Below, piece by piece: positions 61,406-64,000 of a stretch of DNA of 64,000 nucleotides (positions are counted from its first letter, which is position 1; each line of letters starts with the position of its first letter). The position numbers were made by a program, and so were the translations under genes. Source of the stretch: Octopus sinensis (taxonomy: Eukaryota); NCBI RefSeq assembly GCF_006345805.1, contig NC_043019.1, forward strand, positions 10,849,360 through 10,913,359. Direction: 5' to 3'. The notes under the pieces were generated by a model that searched no databases, had not been told where the DNA came from, and saw only the letters and a program-made list of their open reading frames with translations.

Positions 61406-63521
61406 GAGTGTTGCGAAACGGTTGCCGGTCTAGCTTAAAGTTGCTAATTTTGTTTATTATATTGACAACAATAGCAACTTGATCTGTTTCGGGGGGAGTA
61501 AATATATTTAGGCATAAAACAAACCGGCTACTTCGACCGCCTAACCGGTTTCGATTTCAGGCAGTTACCAATTTATTTCAACTTCGTTTTGTAAATATAT
61601 TTCTTTCTACTTGTAGGTGCAAGGCCCCCACATATTGAAAGATGGGTGAGTCGATTACATTGAACCCCGGTGCTCGCCCCCCCCCCCCCGAAAGGAAGAA
61701 AGGGAAAGTCGACCTCGGCGGCAAATGAACTCAGGTCGTTAAGTGCTCGAAGAAATGCCGCTAAACGTGGTGTTTTTATGCGCTAACGACTGCGCCAACG
61801 TGTCACCTTACTACGACTACTAATAATAATGGTTTCAAATTTTGGCACAAGGCCGGCAATATCGGGGAGGGGCAAGTCATTTTGTGTGTGTGTGTGTGTG
61901 GGTTAGTCGATTGCATCAACCTCAGTACATGACTGGTACGGATCTTTTCCTTTCGATGGACGGAATTTTCTAGTTAACTAAACAATTTGAAACTTCGTAT
62001 ACTGGTAGAATGTGTCAAAAGAAAACATTATTGTAAACAGAATAGGAAAAGATCCGACTGGTACTTGACGCCCTGGTAAGGATGAAAGGGAAAATCGACC
62101 ACGGTGACATTTGGACGAAAAGTCGGAAGAAATCGCCGAAATCTGGGACTCTAACGATTCACTGAGCTCATTAAGTTTCCCTTCTTAATAAGTTACTATT
62201 ATGATTGCAAATTACTAAAATGCTCGATCTGGTTTCAATACTCGGTCGTACCAACCCGTTAACACGTCACTTAACGCTGCTAATAATGGTTTTGAGAAAT
62301 GTCATGAACATCACAGCTTCCTATATTAACTTTAGTGTACCTTGACTATTTAACCCACTAATTGGATATCCCATGCGGATAAGCGTCATTTAATACACAA
62401 AATACTCTAGGAAATGCTTGAACATCATCACATCCACTTCGTCTCACATATTTCAAATTCATTCATTACTGACAGACGGCAAGCTGGTAGAATCATTACT
62501 ACGCCAGACAAAAAAATGTTTACTATTTCTCCTGGCTATTAAGCTCTGAGTACAAATTCCTCCGAGGTCGACTTTTGTCTATCATTCTCTCAGGGTCGAT
62601 AACATAAGTAGTTGCTGTGTTGTGGAATCGATGTAATCAATTTCTCCCTTCCTTCTAGCGGCAAGGGTGGTTGTGGTCTGAGCTGTGAACCTGGAAGAGG
62701 TGTGTGGATATAGAGAGAGACAAACTACGGATTTCTTATTTAATTAAAAATGGTTTAAAATTTATCCAAAACCACGGCGAACAGAGAAAAATTCTATAGA
62801 CGTAAACTCTATTTTGTTTCCATATTAAGAAATGAGAGGATGGCAGAAAATTTCACCAATATTTCCGAGTGTTAAGGTCAGCATATATCAGTTTGCGAAC
62901 CACTGATTAAACCAGACTGGGTGGATCTAGTCCTGTCCCCGAACTTGAGATGTCTTCTAAGGCAGCAGGGGCCTCCAATTACTGGGTCGTGGGTCATTTT
63001 GTACTGAGCCGCGAAGAAATATATTTTATGTCTGTTCTATTGGCTATCGCAGTCTGCAGGGTATTTTTACATTTCGCATTATAGTATACGGTGCAGGCGT
63101 GGCTTTGGGGTAAGAAGTTTGCTTCTCAACTCCATGGAAGATGTCCCACTGAATGGCATCTTGGGCGAGTGTCTTCTCCTGTAGCCCTGGGTCGAGTAAA
63201 GCCTTGTGATCGAATTTGGTAGACAGAAACTGAAAGAAGCCCGTCGTGTGTGTGTGTGTGTCTTTTAAAAAAATTCTGTTTGTCTCTACACTGCTTGACA
63301 ACCGATGTTAGTTTACTTGTGTCCCCGTAACTTAGCTGGCAAAGTGACCAATAGAATTGGTACCAGACTTAAAAAAAAAAAAAAAAAAAAACGGGTGGGA
63401 TCTGTTCGATTAAACCCCACTTCAAGGTGGTACTGCAGCATAATTGCTGTCCAATGACTGAAACCTGCAAAAGATAAAAGATATACACACACACACATGT
63501 ATGTATGTGTGTATGTGCATA

Positions 63522-63895
63522 ATGGTCTAGTGGTTAGGGCAGTGGACACGCAGTCGTAGGATCGCTGTTTCGATTCCCATACCGGGCGTTGAGAGTATTT
63601 ATTGAGTGAAAACACCTAAAGTTCGACGAGGCACTGGCTGGGGGTGGTGGCGAACCCTGCTGTACTCTCTCTCACCACAACTTTTCTCTCACTCTTTCTT
63701 CCTGTTTCTGTTGTGCCTGTATTTCAAAGGGCCAGCCTTGTTACACTCTGTGTCACACTGAATCTCCCTGAGAACTACATTAGAGATACGTGTGTCTGTG
63801 GATTGCTCAGTCACTTGCACATAAATTTCACGAGCAGACTGTTCCATTGATCGGATCAATTGGAACCCTCGTCGTCATAACTGATGGAGTGCCAC
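63522..63895 (+). mobile_element. SINE with a G-like head and the 3' module shared with 25937-26240 and 3990-4110
   Basis: GGTCTAGTGGTTAGGGC head and shared GAGAACTAC...CTGTTCC...GGAACCCTC tail. Confidence 0.65.
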
Positions 63896-64000
63896 AATAT
63901 ATATAATGCATGTAGTGAGGGCGCGTGGCTTAGTGGTAGGGCATTCGGCTCATGATCGTAGGTTGTGATCGATTCCCGGCGACGCGTTGTGTCCTTGAGC

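Overview
AT-rich, microsatellite- and SINE-dense eukaryotic DNA. The repeat families and composition suggest a cephalopod, probably Octopus (inference). Two convergent spliced genes can be rebuilt by hand with consistent intron phases. (1) The 3' part of a coiled-coil protein gene on + (exons 64-128, 4562-4664, 12523-12650, 14012-14098, 15693-15866). (2) A complete 8-exon, 282-aa SLC25 mitochondrial carrier gene on - (60393 to 27174). Nearly all ORFs in the supplied track are repeat artefacts. The rest is tRNA-derived SINEs, RTE and CR1/L2-type LINE 3' fragments, mariner/Tc1 relics, TTAA-flanked MITEs, a Helitron-like element and several satellites. The most unusual signal is a set of short inserts in (TA)n microsatellites that carry type-I hammerhead ribozyme folds. 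Two copies have a full catalytic core with a long stem II and a palindromic GATC stem-III loop, and one is duplicated into a perfect 212-bp palindrome. These are probably remnants of Penelope-like elements or retrozymes. Other items are a tRNA-like gene with a GGA anticodon but no long variable arm, a layered 40/35/33-bp palindromic satellite, and a tandem array of LINE tails. All structures were read by eye and no searches were run.
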